Part shown: one piece after another, positions 21,783-36,100 of the stretch
Numbering within the stretch: the first letter of the stretch is position 1
Layout: each line of letters begins with the position of its first letter
NCBI RefSeq assembly: GCF_009834535.1
Contig: NC_045728.1
Coordinates: 7,502,001 to 7,566,000, forward strand
Direction of reading: 5' to 3'
Origin: Camelus ferus
Lineage: Eukaryota
DNA: 64,000 bases
The notes under the pieces: generated by a model
The model's input: the letters and a program-made list of their open reading frames with translations, nothing else
What the model was told of the DNA's origin: nothing
Database searches by the model: none
Position numbers and translations under genes: made by a program

Positions 21783-22669
21783 ATGGAATCTGTGTTAGTG
21801 ATGCCAAATCCTCATAAGGGCACATGATGAATAAAGCTATGGAGAAAGTAGTAAGAAATCAGAAAAGAAATGCAAATGATTTAAATAAGAGAGTAAATTA
21901 AGTTCATTGTATAAATCACTTCACAAGGAAAAAATGCTATAAGAAGGAGGAAGATCAGCCCTTCATCCTTTCATAGAAAGTAGGGAACGCAGTTCATTCC
22001 ATCATTCTCCAGCTTATTTTCAGAGATTATAAGGTTTTAAGTAGAAAAAGTTGAATGGGGATGAGTCCAGGAATGATAAGATTGTGAGAATTTTGACTGA
22101 GTCATGTCCAGAATTCCTGTGACGCTTTGTCATGGAGATATGGACTTTGCTGGACTTCAGATTCAGTCATTGACTCATTTATTTAACAAACATCTTTTGA
22201 AAGACTGTTGAGTTTGAGCATTGAGGATGGTCTTTTCGAGTGCTGGTGGGGCTTTTGTCTGGGAGATTTCTTTGTTTCCCCAAAAGTGGAAAAGTATAGG
22301 GAGATGCACCTCTCACCCTGGCCTCTGATCTCTTCTCACTTTAGTCACAAGGGAATGCTGGTAAAGGGAGATTTTCTTCTGATCCCAGTCCCTAAGAAGA
22401 CTAAAATAACAGTTTAGAGCAGTCAGGAGTAAAGGAAGCAACATTGGGTTTTACCTCTTGAGACTTAAGGGCAAGAAATGTGGGCAATAGGATATGCTGT
22501 GTCTTCACTGGGAAGAATTTTACTGGAAATGTTTACCAATTATGAGTAGAGGAATTTTTGTCCTTTCCTCAAATAGACTTTGAAAACTAATTCATTAGCA
22601 ATCAGCACGTTCCCTTACTATTTTCATTTTCCCCTTTGTCCCAGAGGTTACATGGTACAAATGTTGTAG

Positions 22670-22800
22670 TTTATTTACTCAACAGATAGAAACTGAACAC
22701 CTATCCTGTATCACGCTTGGCTTTTAAACTTCAGAGATACAACGGTGAACAAGACAGACAATGTCTGTGCTCTCGTAGTGCTGTCTATGGGAAAGAGGAG
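22670..22800 (-). mobile_element. L2 3' end remnant
   Basis: tttatttactcaacagat...actgaacacctatcctgtatc...cagagatacaacggtgaacaagacagac...tgtgctctcgtagtgct. Confidence 0.55.
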
Positions 22801-22894
22801 TTGGGGTGCAAGTGGGCAGGAGGAGGAGGCACGGTGAGCAAATGGACAAAGACAGGAGGTCAGGGAAGGCTTTTCGGAGTAGACGTTTCAGCTG

Positions 22895-23125
22895 AGAAGA
22901 GGAGAATTGGACACACAGCGAGACACCAGGGGCATGAGTGTGTCCACACAGAGGAAGGACCATGTGAGGACACAGGGAGTGGGTGGCTATCTGCAAACCA
23001 AGGAGTATTGCCTCAGGAGAAACCAAGCCTGAGAACACCTTAATCTTGGACTTGAGGCTTCTCAACTGTGAGAAAGTGAATTTCTGATCTTTAAGCTACC
23101 TAAGTCGCCCTAGAAAACCAATGCA
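22895..23125 (+). mobile_element. MaLR LTR (MLT1A-like) 3' part
   Basis: ggagaattggacacacag...gaccatgtgaggacacaggg...gcctcaggagaaaccaagcctgagaacaccttaatcttggactt...actgtgagaaagtgaatttctg. Confidence 0.8.
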
Positions 23126-23679
23126 TAAAATATCTACTAAATACATGAAATTTAATAATAATGAACTATTTACTAAAGACTATGCAGCATTTTTTAAAGA
23201 GTTGAAATTCATGGTGTAACCATCTCATATAATGCTGAATATACTCATATCAAATTTGATAGTCAAAAAGGCATACCTGTCAAGCTTATTTTTACTGAAA
23301 AACTAATCTCTTTATTTGAATCATCTTCTTAGTTCACTCTGAATTTCGAGACTCTATCAAAAATAATATTCATCAAGAAGTCAGGGAGTGAATATGTTTA
23401 CGTGTGTGCAGAGGTCGGGCTTTATGAGCACATTTTACAGGAACCCCGGTTATAGGACAAGTCTTGGAAAGGCCAGAACACAGAAGGCCAGCTCCACTCC
23501 TCTCCCTCCCTCCTGGTGGGGAAGCCTCAGGGGAAGCCAGTCGCAGAGCTGTGTTGGCTGCAGCAAGCTGCCTGCCCCTTTTCCTTTGTTCTTAACTGAC
23601 CCCCGGCATCTGGACTGCTAGTTTCATACGCACTTTGGGTGAGGAGAGCTAGAAATCCATCCCTTGTTGTGTGTGAGCT

Positions 23680-24830
23680 TGAGGAAGATGTATATACTGC
23701 TGTTGTCGGATGCTAGTCCGTCTCCCAGTTCTATACATTTCAATTAGACCAAGTTGACGTGCTGTTCAGACAATATTATCCTTAACTGATTTTTTTGCCT
23801 GCTTGATCCTTATCATTCTGTGCTGCCTCTCTTTAATTAAAGATTAAATGTTCCTGGTAAGCTTCCTTGTGCTTATATCTACTTTCTGAAATCAATATAG
23901 TGACTCCAGCTTGCTTTTGAGTGTTGTCATGGTATTTATTTACTTTTAACATAAGGTTTTATATTTAAAATGAATTTCTTCTAGACAGTTTATAGCTGGG
24001 CTTGTTTTATTACCCACTCTGAAAATCTGTCTTTTATTGATGGATCTAGACCATTCACGTTTAAAATGATTAAAATGATACAGTTGGATTAACATCTATC
24101 TTGTATAGAGCTGCTTTCTGCTTGTACAGATGTTCCTTTTTCTTTTGTGTCTTCTCTTCCTTTTTTATTCTCCATATTTAATTGAGCATTTTATATTATT
24201 CTATTTAGTTTCTCTCTTAGCATTTTAATTATACTTTAAAAAAATTTATTCAGTTGCCTTATAGTTTATAATACACGTTTTAAATTAATCTAAACCCATC
24301 TTCAGATAACGCTGTACCACTTCGTATGTAGTGTAAGTACCTCAGAATATTTATATTTTTTCCCTCCTGTCCTCATAACATTGCTATTACTTATTTCATT
24401 GATCCGTGTTATACACATCAATGCATTGTCACTATTATTATTTTAAATACACAGCTATCTCTAAGAAAATTAAGAATAAAGAAAAGAAAATATTTTATTT
24501 TACCTCCATTCATTCATTCTCTGATGTCTTTTTTTCCTTTTGTCAATTCAAGCTTCTGACCTGTATTAGTTTCCTTTTGCCTGAAGAACTTCTTTTAGTA
24601 TTTTTTGAAAGTCAGGTCTGCTGGCAACAAATTCTCTCAGACTTTGTTTTTCTAAGAAAGTCATTATTTCACCTTCAGTTTGAAGGGTAATTTTATTGGA
24701 TACAGAATTCCAGGTTGGTGATATTTTTTATTTCAACACTTTAAGTATTTCATTTACTCTTTTTCTTGATTGTATGGTTTCTGATGAGAGTTCTGCTGTA
24801 ATTCTTATCTCTGTTCCCTATAGGTAAAAA
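23680..24830 (-). mobile_element. Ancient L1M fragment (ORF1/ORF2 junction region)
   Basis: gtcaggtctgctggcaacaaattctctcag...atttcaccttcagtttgaagggtaattttattggatacagaattccaggttgg is typical antisense L1M sequence. Confidence 0.75.
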
Positions 24831-25929
24831 AAAAAAAAAAAACTTTTTTCTTTTGGCTTCTTTGAAGATAAAGGCAAATGAAAGAAAAGTGCAAAGTAAT
24901 TACCCAGCTTTTCTTCCACCTTATTAAAACTTATTATATTTTTGCAGTTTTAACAACAAGACTTATATATCAAGAATCTTTACTTGATTTTAAAAAATAT
25001 ACTAAAACCTTCTTGGAATATTTCTTAGAGCAATTTCTTTTTTCTTTTAAATTAATTCAAATATTGTCTAAGACAAAAGTCCCCATCAGAGGCAGCTATT
25101 TACTTAGAATATAGCTGAAACAAGTTCCAAGAGGATAATTCCCTTCACTGACAGGGACTGTTTTAGACCACATAACTGTCCCTTAATTCACATCCCATAA
25201 TTCATAGGGAGAATTAACACAGTTCAGTTTTCACACACTGTTGTAGTTCTCATACAGAAGAAAGCCTTACTTTAGGACAGTTGACATTGTAAGAAGACTT
25301 TCCCCTCAAGACCTAGTGTTCCCAAATTCTTTTCTTTACCAAGAGCTATGCTATTGACGGTGTAGACAATTTATGAACTCGCAAATCTCAGAGTGAACGT
25401 TTTTCCTGTAAGTCACTGACAGGACATTTGATACTCCAAACAGGGTAAATCTCAGATTACTGCACTTCTCTTTATATTACACACATACTGTCCCATTGTG
25501 TGATTTGCTAGGACACATACCTGAGTTCTGTTGTTCAGAAATGCAGTTGTTCATTGCCTTTACATTAAGGATTTATATCCTTCTGATCTGTTTAGAAAAC
25601 AAATTGTGGCAAGATTTGAGGAAAGGAGAGAACATCTCTCAATCATGGCCACTTGTTTTTGAGCAGGGGTTGGGAATTGAACACATTGGTCACATAAGTC
25701 ATGGATTGGCAGGTCCTTTTTCTGCTTCTCTGTCTTTACTCAAGTTCCAAGAGAAAAAATATTAACGTCCACTTGAAGCTTTATGGTCACATTTTATTCA
25801 GAATAGGGAGCTTTGGTTAGTACGAAGATGCCCAAAGAAAAGAGTCTTTCCTCAAAGAAAGTGTGAGACTTTCAGATGAGAAGGGGGAGAAACATATACA
25901 ACTCTCAGCCCTTACCCCAATAATAGTTG

Positions 25930-27600
25930 TTTACAAGGGACAATGATAAAACTGAAGGACAAAGAAAAATAAAGGACTGAAAATGAAGTACTAGGCGGAA
26001 AATCTAACAAAGCACCTGGCGTAACTAAATTAACACAAGCAAAATAGACTTTAAATATGATTATTAGAGATAAGGAAGCCATTGCATAATAACAAAATAA
26101 CAGGGTATAACAGTTTTCAACTTGCACACACTTAGCAGTGTAGCCTCAAAATATATCATACAAAACATAAGATGATTGCAAGAGGAAATCAACAAATCCA
26201 GATTCATATTGTGAGATTTTAATATGCCTCTTTCAGATATTGACAGATCAACTGAAGTCTAAAAGGGAAAATAGACAATTTGAGCAAAAAAAATTAATAA
26301 CCTGGATCTGTAGATACTATGCGTAGGACTTTGTAGTCAACGATGGAGCATACATTATCTTTTTAAGCAAATGTAGAATTTTCATCTCAATATTTTAAAA
26401 TTTAGGAAAGGTCCTCAGATTCAGTCTCAAATACAAACAAGCTGATATCATGAAGACCACATTCTCTGATTAAAATGTAAAATTAGAAATAAAAAACAAA
26501 AAGATATTTACCCTGCTTACATTTGAGAACATATGAAACACTTCCAAATATTTCATAGGGCAAAAAAATGAGAAGTTAAAATGATAAAATATTTAGAACT
26601 GAGGGACAATTAAAACACATATATTGAAACATTTAAGATAACTGCTAGAGTTAGAGGGACATTATGTCCTTAAATTAATCTTGTTTTAAGATGCCATTTT
26701 GAAATTAATGCACCAAGGTTAGAATGGCAACATCAAGGTAAAGAATAACAATACTTCAGTAAAAATACAATACTAATAATATAACAATAATGTAATACTT
26801 AATAAATATTAGAAAAGGGAGTAGCACAATACACAAAATGAGAACAGCGACAAAAGCGAAAGCTGGCTATTTAAATGGCTGATAAAATAGAAAAAAATTC
26901 TGGAAAGGTCAATCAAGCAATAAATGAGAAGATGCAAATAAATATTAGGAGTGAAAAATGGAGACATAACTGAAAATGTCAGATATAGTAAAATACATGC
27001 CGAGGATACCACGAATAATTTTACATAAACTTGAAAACTTAGATGCAATGGGTAACTTTGTGTAAAAACACAACTTATCAAAAATATTTTTTTAAAACTC
27101 ATTTAAAAAATGGTCTGAATAAACCTTTAAACAACAAAGAAATTTAATCAGTAGTTTGAAACCTTATTTCCCCCCAAATACTAAGATGGTTTTACATGTA
27201 AATTCTAACATAACTTCAAACATAGATTATCTATGACTTATGTGAACATTTTTGTGGAGCAGAAATAGAGAGATGGCTCCCTTTTATTGTTATAATAATA
27301 TTGAGATTTCAACTCCAAAGAGGATAGTATGAGAAAGAAATATTAATAGGGCAATCTCACGTGTTTGGAAGCATCAGAAATTTATTTCCATTGTGTACCA
27401 CAGAGATACTTAAATTATTGGCATTATGTCACAAAGTAGCAAGTTGGAATTTGAACAAGTGGCCTAAACTAATTAAATTACTGAAGTCATTCATTACACG
27501 AAAGAATATTTTAATTAAATTTATTCCAGAAACAACTATATTTGAGACCTTGTGTTCCCTTATTGATTTTATGACAGACTATTAAATGGAAAAAATACAG
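25930..27600 (+). mobile_element. Ancient L1M ORF2 fragment (endonuclease to RT region)
   Basis: aaaatagactttaaat...gcctcaaaatatatc...gagattttaatatgcctctttcagatattgacagatcaac...aacttgaaaacttagatgcaatggg; heavily degenerate. Confidence 0.7.
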
Positions 27601-28074
27601 TAGCTTTCCCAGACAGCAAATCTCTGTGTGGCTGTCGGAAGATAACTAGAGTAGAGATTCAGACAAAAAATATTGCTAGGTAAAAGGCTTGGCACAACAC
27701 TTTTTAAATTCTAAGGTGTTACAGAAGACAGTGTATTTTATTACTGAGTTTTACTAATAGAGACCAATCCCTTGGGTGATGAGATCTTTTTGAGACCTTA
27801 TTTGCTTTTTTTTTTTAAATTGATTGTGTAATGCACCCAGAGCCAAATCTTGAGAGATTTGTAAACGTTTGGGAATTAGTTGTTATATATTTTAAGCCCC
27901 ATCTTAACATTTGCAAATAATATCAGGATCCAATTTTTGAAGATAAATAAATGTCTTCAGGTAAGTAGATATCAGCTTCTCAGCAGAGAAAAAATTCTGC
28001 ATGCTGTTTGGATTGATTCTATTTTAAATGCTATAATTAATCATTTCTTCATGATGTTAGATTAATAATATCAA

Positions 28075-28285
28075 TGGGTTATATAGTGCTTAATGTTTAC
28101 TGGGTTTCTTAAAAACCTCTATTAACTCAAAAAAATTCCTATGAGATGGATTTTTTACAGATGAGGACAGTGAGTCATAGGTAATATAACTTGCTCAAAG
28201 TCACACAACTCTAAGTGGCAAAGCCAAGAGATGATTCTGGGAAGACTGGATGCAGAGACGCGTTAAAGCTCTAATCACTATGCTA
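28075..28285 (-). mobile_element. MIR SINE remnant
   Basis: cctatgagatgg...ttttacagatgaggacagtgag...aacttgctcaaagtcacacaactctaagtggcaaagccaag. Confidence 0.75.
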
Positions 28286-31200
28286 TCGTATTCATTTATT
28301 TTTTGTGATTGTATTCATTTAATTTTTAAATGACTGCAAAAAAACATACATTGTAAGACAGGCCAACTGCTCTGAAAACTTTGCCTGGAGAAGGGTAATC
28401 CTGAACTCTACGTGTAATTATGTAGTTGCTTTTTGTCAGTCTGTACACTGGGTGACAGTTTCCTTGATTTGATTTCCGGTTATCTGCATTTCAGTTTCAG
28501 TATTTCCTATCAGATGCTCCAGTGAGCCAAACAATTTCCACAGAGCCCAATATTTTAAATCCCTCTTGTCCTGAATTCTGTTACTGGCTTAACTGTCACT
28601 GGCTTAACCGAAAGATCTTTTGTGTGTAGATGAATTTTCTAGTTAAACAGTGTCCTATCAAAGGCACAAATGACACATGCAAGTTAAATTGTCAAACTTA
28701 CGCTGCTGGGCTGTTAACCATCATTGTTAAAGTTTAGGAAATTGGTGAGACTATTTAGATGGGGAAGGGTCAACATGCTTGGTTATATCAACAGCATTTC
28801 ATGACCTTATCCTCCTGCTGCTCCTGCGTGCTTATCTGGGCAGTTCACTGCAACTGCTTTTCCTAGGAGCAAAAGCAGAGTTGATGTGATGGCTAATATA
28901 GCTCATTCTTAAATCTAAATCCTGACGTCCTACATTCACAGCTTCTAATATGCACCAAACTCCTCACAATTCTTCCAAAGTCACTGGAGGAACCTCAGAA
29001 ATCTCCTGTCCACTCTGCTTCTTGTATTAAGAACTTTTAAAGTTTTTTGCTTTTTGGGGTTAAAGAGAGTGCTCTTCTTGATGCTACAGATGCAGAAACA
29101 AACACTGCTTTTCTCAGAACACTCATCCACTTCTCCATCCACGCCCCCTGGGGAAGGGTGCCTGCTGCTTCAGAGCTTTGACGTAATACAAAGTAATCTC
29201 ATTTTTAAAATGTAAGAAATAATAAAAAATGGCAACTGGTAATTACATAGTGGTTTAAAGTTTTCAAAGCTCAGGACAGATCTCTTTATCTTCATAGCTC
29301 CCCTTTTTATGGTTAAGGACACAAAGATTCAGAGTAAATAACTTGCTCTAGTCATACAGACTCTGCAAGTGTTTTTGCCCATTCTTCTGACTCTGCGTCA
29401 TTATACAGTCGTAGGGTATACGATTTTAAATTAACAAGGATTTTCTTCTGATGTAATTTATACAGATATTTTGTAACATTTGCTTTGGAGAGGATTATCT
29501 CCTTCTCATAGTATTTGAATCCCATGAAAAATCAAACTTTATTCTCTACCCAGAAGATTGAACTTTTTGAATTCAACTTTCTTGACAAAAATACCCACTC
29601 TGTCAGAACCCAAAGGGACATGTAGCTCCATTCCCAATGATATTTCAGATTCAGATATCTAACCAATTTTATTATTTTCTCTCAAATGAAGTTACACTGT
29701 AGAAAAGATAATAAAAATAGGATTTCTTCAATAATCCTAGCTCTGTATTCTAGATCCTATAACAGATTAGTTTAGGAAAATGTTATTAGTGGAGGTTATC
29801 TTTCTAGGAGAGAAAATAACAGATTAATATCTTCCCTAGATTTATGTTTAAAAATGTAGGCATTAAGCAAGGAGGGTTGTCTTAGATTTGCATATCTCTG
29901 TTAACTTAAAGAAGCAAAACTTTTCAAAGATTTTAACTAGGCACACAGACACATACACACAGACATATACATATATATGCACACGCACGTATACACATTT
30001 ACAGTTTTAATTCTGGATGTTTTCTGGGTAACCTGATGAAGGATTTGGTGAGCAGTATTCTTACATCCTGGAGTAGCTGATGATGCTACTTCCATTGTGC
30101 TTCCCAAAGGTGGGAGCTGGCACCTTTCTGTGCTCTCTGTTGGTTGTATTATACAACTTTAAAAAACAGTAGCATTGTAGGACACTAGCGATGGGGGAGA
30201 AAAATTGGGAAGGAAACAAAGTAGGGTCTTTTTCTCCCAACAGAGAAGCATATTACCTATGTAAGTAGAAGTTGCTTACTTTCATTTAGTTTGGTATAAC
30301 ATTTCATTCCCAGTGAAATTTCACACGTGTAAATACCATTTTATTCTTGCGTAAATTTAAAGTGCTTCATTTTCTGAATTACTTCGATAGGAAATTTAAA
30401 TATTGTATTTCATGCTCCCCTGACTTTTTGAGCTAAAGATAAATAAATGTTCTTTTGGTGATTCAGGGCAATCATTTTTTGCCCATGAGCTATTTTGTGT
30501 ATGTATCTGCATTTTCGTAAGTGCAGATTTTCTGAAGGCCTAGATAACTATGCAATTTGAGGATTTTTTTCCTTCTATTTTTAAAATAGTTTTCTGAAGG
30601 CTTCTTTTGTTTTGCTGTTAAACTTCTCTTCTTGCTGTCCTCAGCTTTCTTTAACAGCTTTGTCCTGTCTCCCCTCCTCTTTTAAAATCCTGCCTTCACT
30701 GTGATCTTCAGGTTTGTTAAAATTATTTAAGAGAAAAAAAAAGACATGGCACTAAGAGAAAATATGCAGGTTCTGATCTAACAGCTTTGAGGGAGAAAGG
30801 TCAGTGAGAATTTGGCCTCTAATGATGGATGGAAGGAAAGAGGGAAGGAAACAGTGAGTTACTGATGGTTCAGGTAAAACATTTGAAACCCAGTCTTACT
30901 TCTTTGCTGTTTCTTAAACAACAAAGGTTTAAAATAGAATCTAAGAACAACCTTTGACACCACATTTCTGTCAAGCACATATACATTGAAAAGAAGAATT
31001 TCCTGGCTTATTAAAGTTTTCCCTTCAAAGGACAGAAATGGGAGAATGAGGGTCTGCATTGATTAAAGCCATTTCTTAATTTCTTTTGGTACTCATGGTC
31101 TCTTGAAAGAAGTCTTTTATGTTTCTAAATTCCCAGTTTTAAAGAATATTAATTATGTTGACTCATGTAGATGGATTGAGGAATTAAAATGGATGACTTT

Positions 31201-31373
31201 TATTTCATTTTTATAAAATTGGAAACCATGTTTCAACCCAGTTTGAAGGTTCTGTTGGTATATACTCAGACAAGTGGTGGGGGAAGGGGAATCATCGTTT
31301 CGTGATGGTAATGAAAGACTAATTAGGTCCTGAAATTTTGTGCTTTTTTTTCCAAAGTGAAGTAGTCAGCAGC

Positions 31374-31613
31374 GTAAGTTTGGGAGTGCAGTGAAAGGGC
31401 TCTGACTTATACAGGAGCATTGAGCGTTGGGTGGAACCAAGGCTCTGAGCTACACTCCTGGTCTTTGTCCTTGAGCTTTTAAGAGGTCTCTGGGAAGGAT
31501 CAAGTCATGGGGACAGATGAGAGATGGAACCAATCAGGACAGGACATGCCATTCTGCTTTGGGAATCAGGAAATAACTCTGACGCACCTATTTTCTCTTA
31601 TTTCTTTCTACAG
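31374..31613 (+). other. Candidate last 5'UTR intron (240 nt) of the OR8D2-like locus
   Basis: Donor AGC|GTAAGT at 31374 and strong acceptor TTTTCTCTTATTTCTTTCTACAG| at 31613. Confidence 0.5.
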
Positions 31614-31630
31614 ATAATATCTTGTAAGAA

Positions 31631-32567
31631 ATGTCTACTTTAAATTATTCCTCAGTGCCTGGGTTTATCCTTGAAGGACTGACAAAGCGCCCAGAGCTTC
31701 AGTTGCCACTCTTCCTCCTGTTCCTGGGAATATATGTGGTCACAGTGGTGGGGAACCTGGGCATGATCCTCTTAATTGCCAACAGTTCTCAGCTTCACTC
31801 CCCAATGTATTATTTTCTCAGTCATTTATCATTCATTGATCTCTGTTACTCCTCCGTCACTACCCCAAAGATGCTGGTGAACTTTGTGTCAGAGAAGAAC
31901 ATTGTCTCCTTTCTGGGATGCATGACTCAGCTTTACTTCTTCCTTATTTTTGTGATTGCAGAAGGCTACCTTCTGACTACCATGGCATATGACCGCTATG
32001 TTGCGATCTGTAGCCCACTGCTTTACAATGTTATCATGTCCCACAGGGTCTGTTCCATGATGACGGCTGTGGTGTATTCACTGGGGTTGTTTGGGGCCAC
32101 AGTTCATACCACCCGGATGTCAATGTTGTCCTTCTGTGGGTCTCATACTGTCAGTCATTATTTTTGTGATATTCTCCCCTTTGTTGACCTTCTCTTGCTC
32201 CAGCACCCACATTAATGAGATTCTGTTGTTTATCATTGGGGGAGTTAACACCTTAGCACCAACACTGGCTGTACTCATCTCTTATGTGTTCATCCTCTCT
32301 AGTATCCTCCGTATTCGCTCTGCTGAGGGACGATCCAAAGCCTGTGGCACTTGTAGCTCCCACCTTGTGGCTGTGGGGATCTTTTTGGGGTCTATAACAT
32401 TCATGTATTTCAAGCCCCCTTCTGGCAATAATATGGAGCAGGAGAAAGTGTCCTCTGTGTTCTACACCACGGTGATCCCCATGCTGAATCCCTTGATTTA
32501 CAGCTTGAGGAACAAGGATGTGAAGAATGCACTGAGGAGGGTGGTTGGGGAAAGGCTGCAATCCTGA
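31631..32567 (+). pseudogene. OR8D2: OR8D2-like olfactory receptor with a single +1 frameshift
   Basis: ORF 31631..32215 and the distal part of ORF 32091..32567 join at [13 protein letters not shown]. Total length is 937 nt = 936 + 1, with the extra base in the CCCCTTT run at about 32175-32182. [39 protein letters not shown] matches human OR8D2 as I recall it. Confidence 0.85.
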
Positions 32568-33069
32568 CAAAGATTTTCACAGGGAGGAAGAAAAAGTGAA
32601 CCAGATGGAAAATTGTCATGGGCTCCATGTAATTTCCTTCTCTCTTCCAGAGACAAAATTCATCATTATTTACAAAATGTATATTTTGTACTTGAAAATA
32701 TTTGAGGCATTTTTGGAGATTATCAAATGGTAAGATTTTCTGAAAGTCAGTATAATCTTTGTAAAATTTACATGTATTAGAGGAACAGGATTTGACAGAA
32801 GAGGGAGGGCAAATGAACAACAAACAAGAGAATATCTTGATGATACAGATTTTGAAAGTGCTTGATAAATAGAGAGCGAGTTAAGGTTCTGTTTGAAAAG
32901 AGATGTTAATTGATTCAAAATCCTGGTGGGCAGGAAGAGAGGTATCTTTAAACTTCCAAGGGAAGGGTTTTTTCTTTTCCAAAGCCATTATATTGTGATA
33001 CTGAGACTATCAAGATCACAACAGAGCTGTGAGGGGTGCAGTAATTATAGTGAAGGACCACTTGTAGGT

Positions 33070-33102
<33 letters not shown>

Positions 33103-33148
33103 TGGATGCACTAGGTTTAGGGTGAGAGGTGAGGGTGAGGGTGAGGGT
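33070..33148. repeat. (GA)n microsatellite followed by a short (GAGGGT)n tract
   Basis: Direct reading. Confidence 0.9.
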
Positions 33149-36100
33149 AAGAGATGCCCGTTAGCCTAGTCGTATCAGATTCAGTAAGGATGAACAATAA
33201 TTAACCTGAAGTCTCACATTGCCTGTCTTTGGAGGCCATCACTTAGGCTATGGCTTTTCTGTACAAAGTCTAGTAGAGTGTGGCTCCAACGTGGGGAGTT
33301 GAACTTACTTTTTATTTTGTATTAGAGTCATCATTTTAAGGAAAGCAATGCTGTTTCTTTTCTCCTGGAATGTATAGCTCTTTCCTACCTTCAATATGAG
33401 TCCTAGTTTTTAATCATCCTTTGAATTTGCCTGTATCCACCATTTCCCTTTGGTGCAGGAATCCAGCTCTCTTGGAGAACAGAAACACACTTCATTGGTG
33501 GTTCCTTGGCCTGGGACATCATCATTCCAGCCATCAGTGCATAACGTCCAGATTACTCTACTCTTAAGTATAGGATTCTGTCTTAGAGATGCATACCTTA
33601 GGCAGCTGGGAATTAAGCTATGTGATTTAGGAGTTTTGTCTTTGTTCAGTGACGTGAAGAAGAGTACCAAAAAAAGTTTTAATCAGATTTGCAGATGAGG
33701 TGAAGTTGTGAGAAGAGTTAATTTAATGGATGAAAGAATCATGTTTCTTCACAAAGACCTCTAGAGGCTGGAATGATGAACACATTTAATGAGATTAAAA
33801 TGTACATGGATAGTGTAATATTCATACTTCTGCAAAAATGAAGTGTGAGGTAGACTGGTTAACTGCAGAGAATTAAGAATTTTTGATGACAGTAGAGTCA
33901 CTATAAGTAAATAGTACAGCTACTTAAAAAGTGAATGTGACCACCTTGTCTGCATTAGCTGCATTTTAGTGTTTAGAATAAGAAAAATTCTAAAAAACTC
34001 ATTTGCACTCTAACGATTAGACTGCTTCCATTTGAATGTAATTTATTCAGTGGATATCACTTTTCAAGGACCATTAGCTCCTTAGGTAGTCTGAGGACTG
34101 TGGCCATGATGACTAAGGGAGTTGAAATCACACATCCATTCATATATTCATTCTCTTGGTTAGATCATTCAGTCTTTAAGGGAAATATGTGTTATTAACT
34201 TTTTTTCGGTGGCTTTAATATTTCAGTGACTAGAGTCCTGGATCTAGGTTCCTGGCCTTTAAGTTACCATTTTCTAATACATTGGTTTGTGGTCTGTCCT
34301 CTCCCCTCTCTCTCTCTCTTCAGTTTAATTAACTTGTTCTACTTTATTTTCTTTTCTTTTTTCTGCTGTTCTTACTATGATTATAAAACTGAAGCAACAT
34401 TTTTAAATCACGTGATTTCCTAAACAGACTTGCTACCTAGAAAGAGTGTTTCAAATCCATATCTGTAAGTTACTTCTTACCTTTTAGGTTTGCAGTATTT
34501 TAGTTGACCCACTTCTCTTTCTTAGTGTAATAAGGTACAGTATTCTTTTCACAGTAAGACCTCTGCCCGTTTTTATTTGCTCATTAATGAAATCTACCAC
34601 CCATTTAAAGAGACACTCCATAGTAGAAGACAAAAATCTAAAGTCCTGATCAGAGCTTATGTATTTAACAAATCCACGGACAATTTGAGTGAGCCCCTGG
34701 TGGGAACTAGTTCTTGAGCCTGTGCAGAAGCCGCAGTAATTCAGTGAGGCTCACCACAGTTTCACGTCTGGGTCTCAAACGCAGTTTACAGCAACCTGGC
34801 CGATCTGCTCTACTGATTTTAGAACTAGTATTTCTTGAATATAGGGCTGGAAATAGAGCAAAAACAATGAAGGATTGTTCTACCCTCTCTTTTCTTAAAA
34901 AAAAAAAATATATGTGTATATATAAAGGTTTTGTTTTCCTCATAATCAAATCATTACCTTCTTGGGAAAAGGTTCCTCTACATGCCAAGTTTAAGCTGCA
35001 GCACTGTCTGCTCATGCCCTCGCCGAAGTTGGTCCAACTTACCCAGCCTACATTTGCCAAGGTCCATAGGTGCATGGCTATGTGGAGGCTCGCTTAGCTC
35101 CCGTTTTTCAAGGAGCTTAACTTCTGCTGAGGCATTCGCCTTTGGTTAAGACCCAGCACTAGCAGTGTGGCCTCTGCAGAAGTGAATGTGCACCCACGTA
35201 AATTACTCACCTTTGAACAAACCCACAGTATGATGCACCTCTGGAGGTTAAAATCCCACATTGTGAGAGTTTTAGACTCATAGCCACCTGCTGGAATCCT
35301 GTTAGTTAAAAATTATGCTAAACTATAAAAACGTTGCAAAAAAGATGTCACTTCATGCCACTCAGGTAAAAACCCTGTCTCCCCATCAGAAGCCCAGTAC
35401 TCTTAGGTGCATTTTTGCTCCTAAATCTATTTCTCTTGTTAAAGTCTTTGTAACCCTAGTCCAATGCACAAGGTACAGTTGTTTGAGGAAGTAAAATATA
35501 AAGCTCTTGTTCTGCACTGATAGAGAAGGTAAATTAACAATCTGTCAAGTGAAGACCAAAATATCTTTATTATATCCTTATTGGAAAAGGTGTATTTGGG
35601 GGCAAGTGAACTTCTTAATACTAAGCTCAGAATTAGACAGATTTTCTACTATGATCACAGAAAGCTTCCTGCAGGTCTCTTCCAGTAGAGGTGGTACTGT
35701 ATAGGAAAAAAGCCAACCAAGAATATAGTCTTTCTGGAAATATGCTAACTCTCGCAAAGAAAGGGAATAGTTCCTCCTTTGAAACTAACCAATCAGATAA
35801 GTCACTCCAGCTTCCCTGGAGGTATGTATAAGGGTGTAAAGCAGGATGTGGAGTGTCAGAGTAACTTATTCCTACACATGGGAGGAATATCAGGAAGGAG
35901 AAAGGAGTGTTTCATTCCTCTTTCATGTACACTAGAAATTTAGAAAACTAGATACGAATCAGTGTAGGAAAAAAGCAAGTCTGTAATGAATAAAAATAGA
36001 ATAAAAAATGACAAAGATTCAAAATTAAAAAGTATGACTGAGAAATTCTAAGTAAGTCTTATGAAAAGTGACAGAAGACCCACTTTATGATTAAAATATT

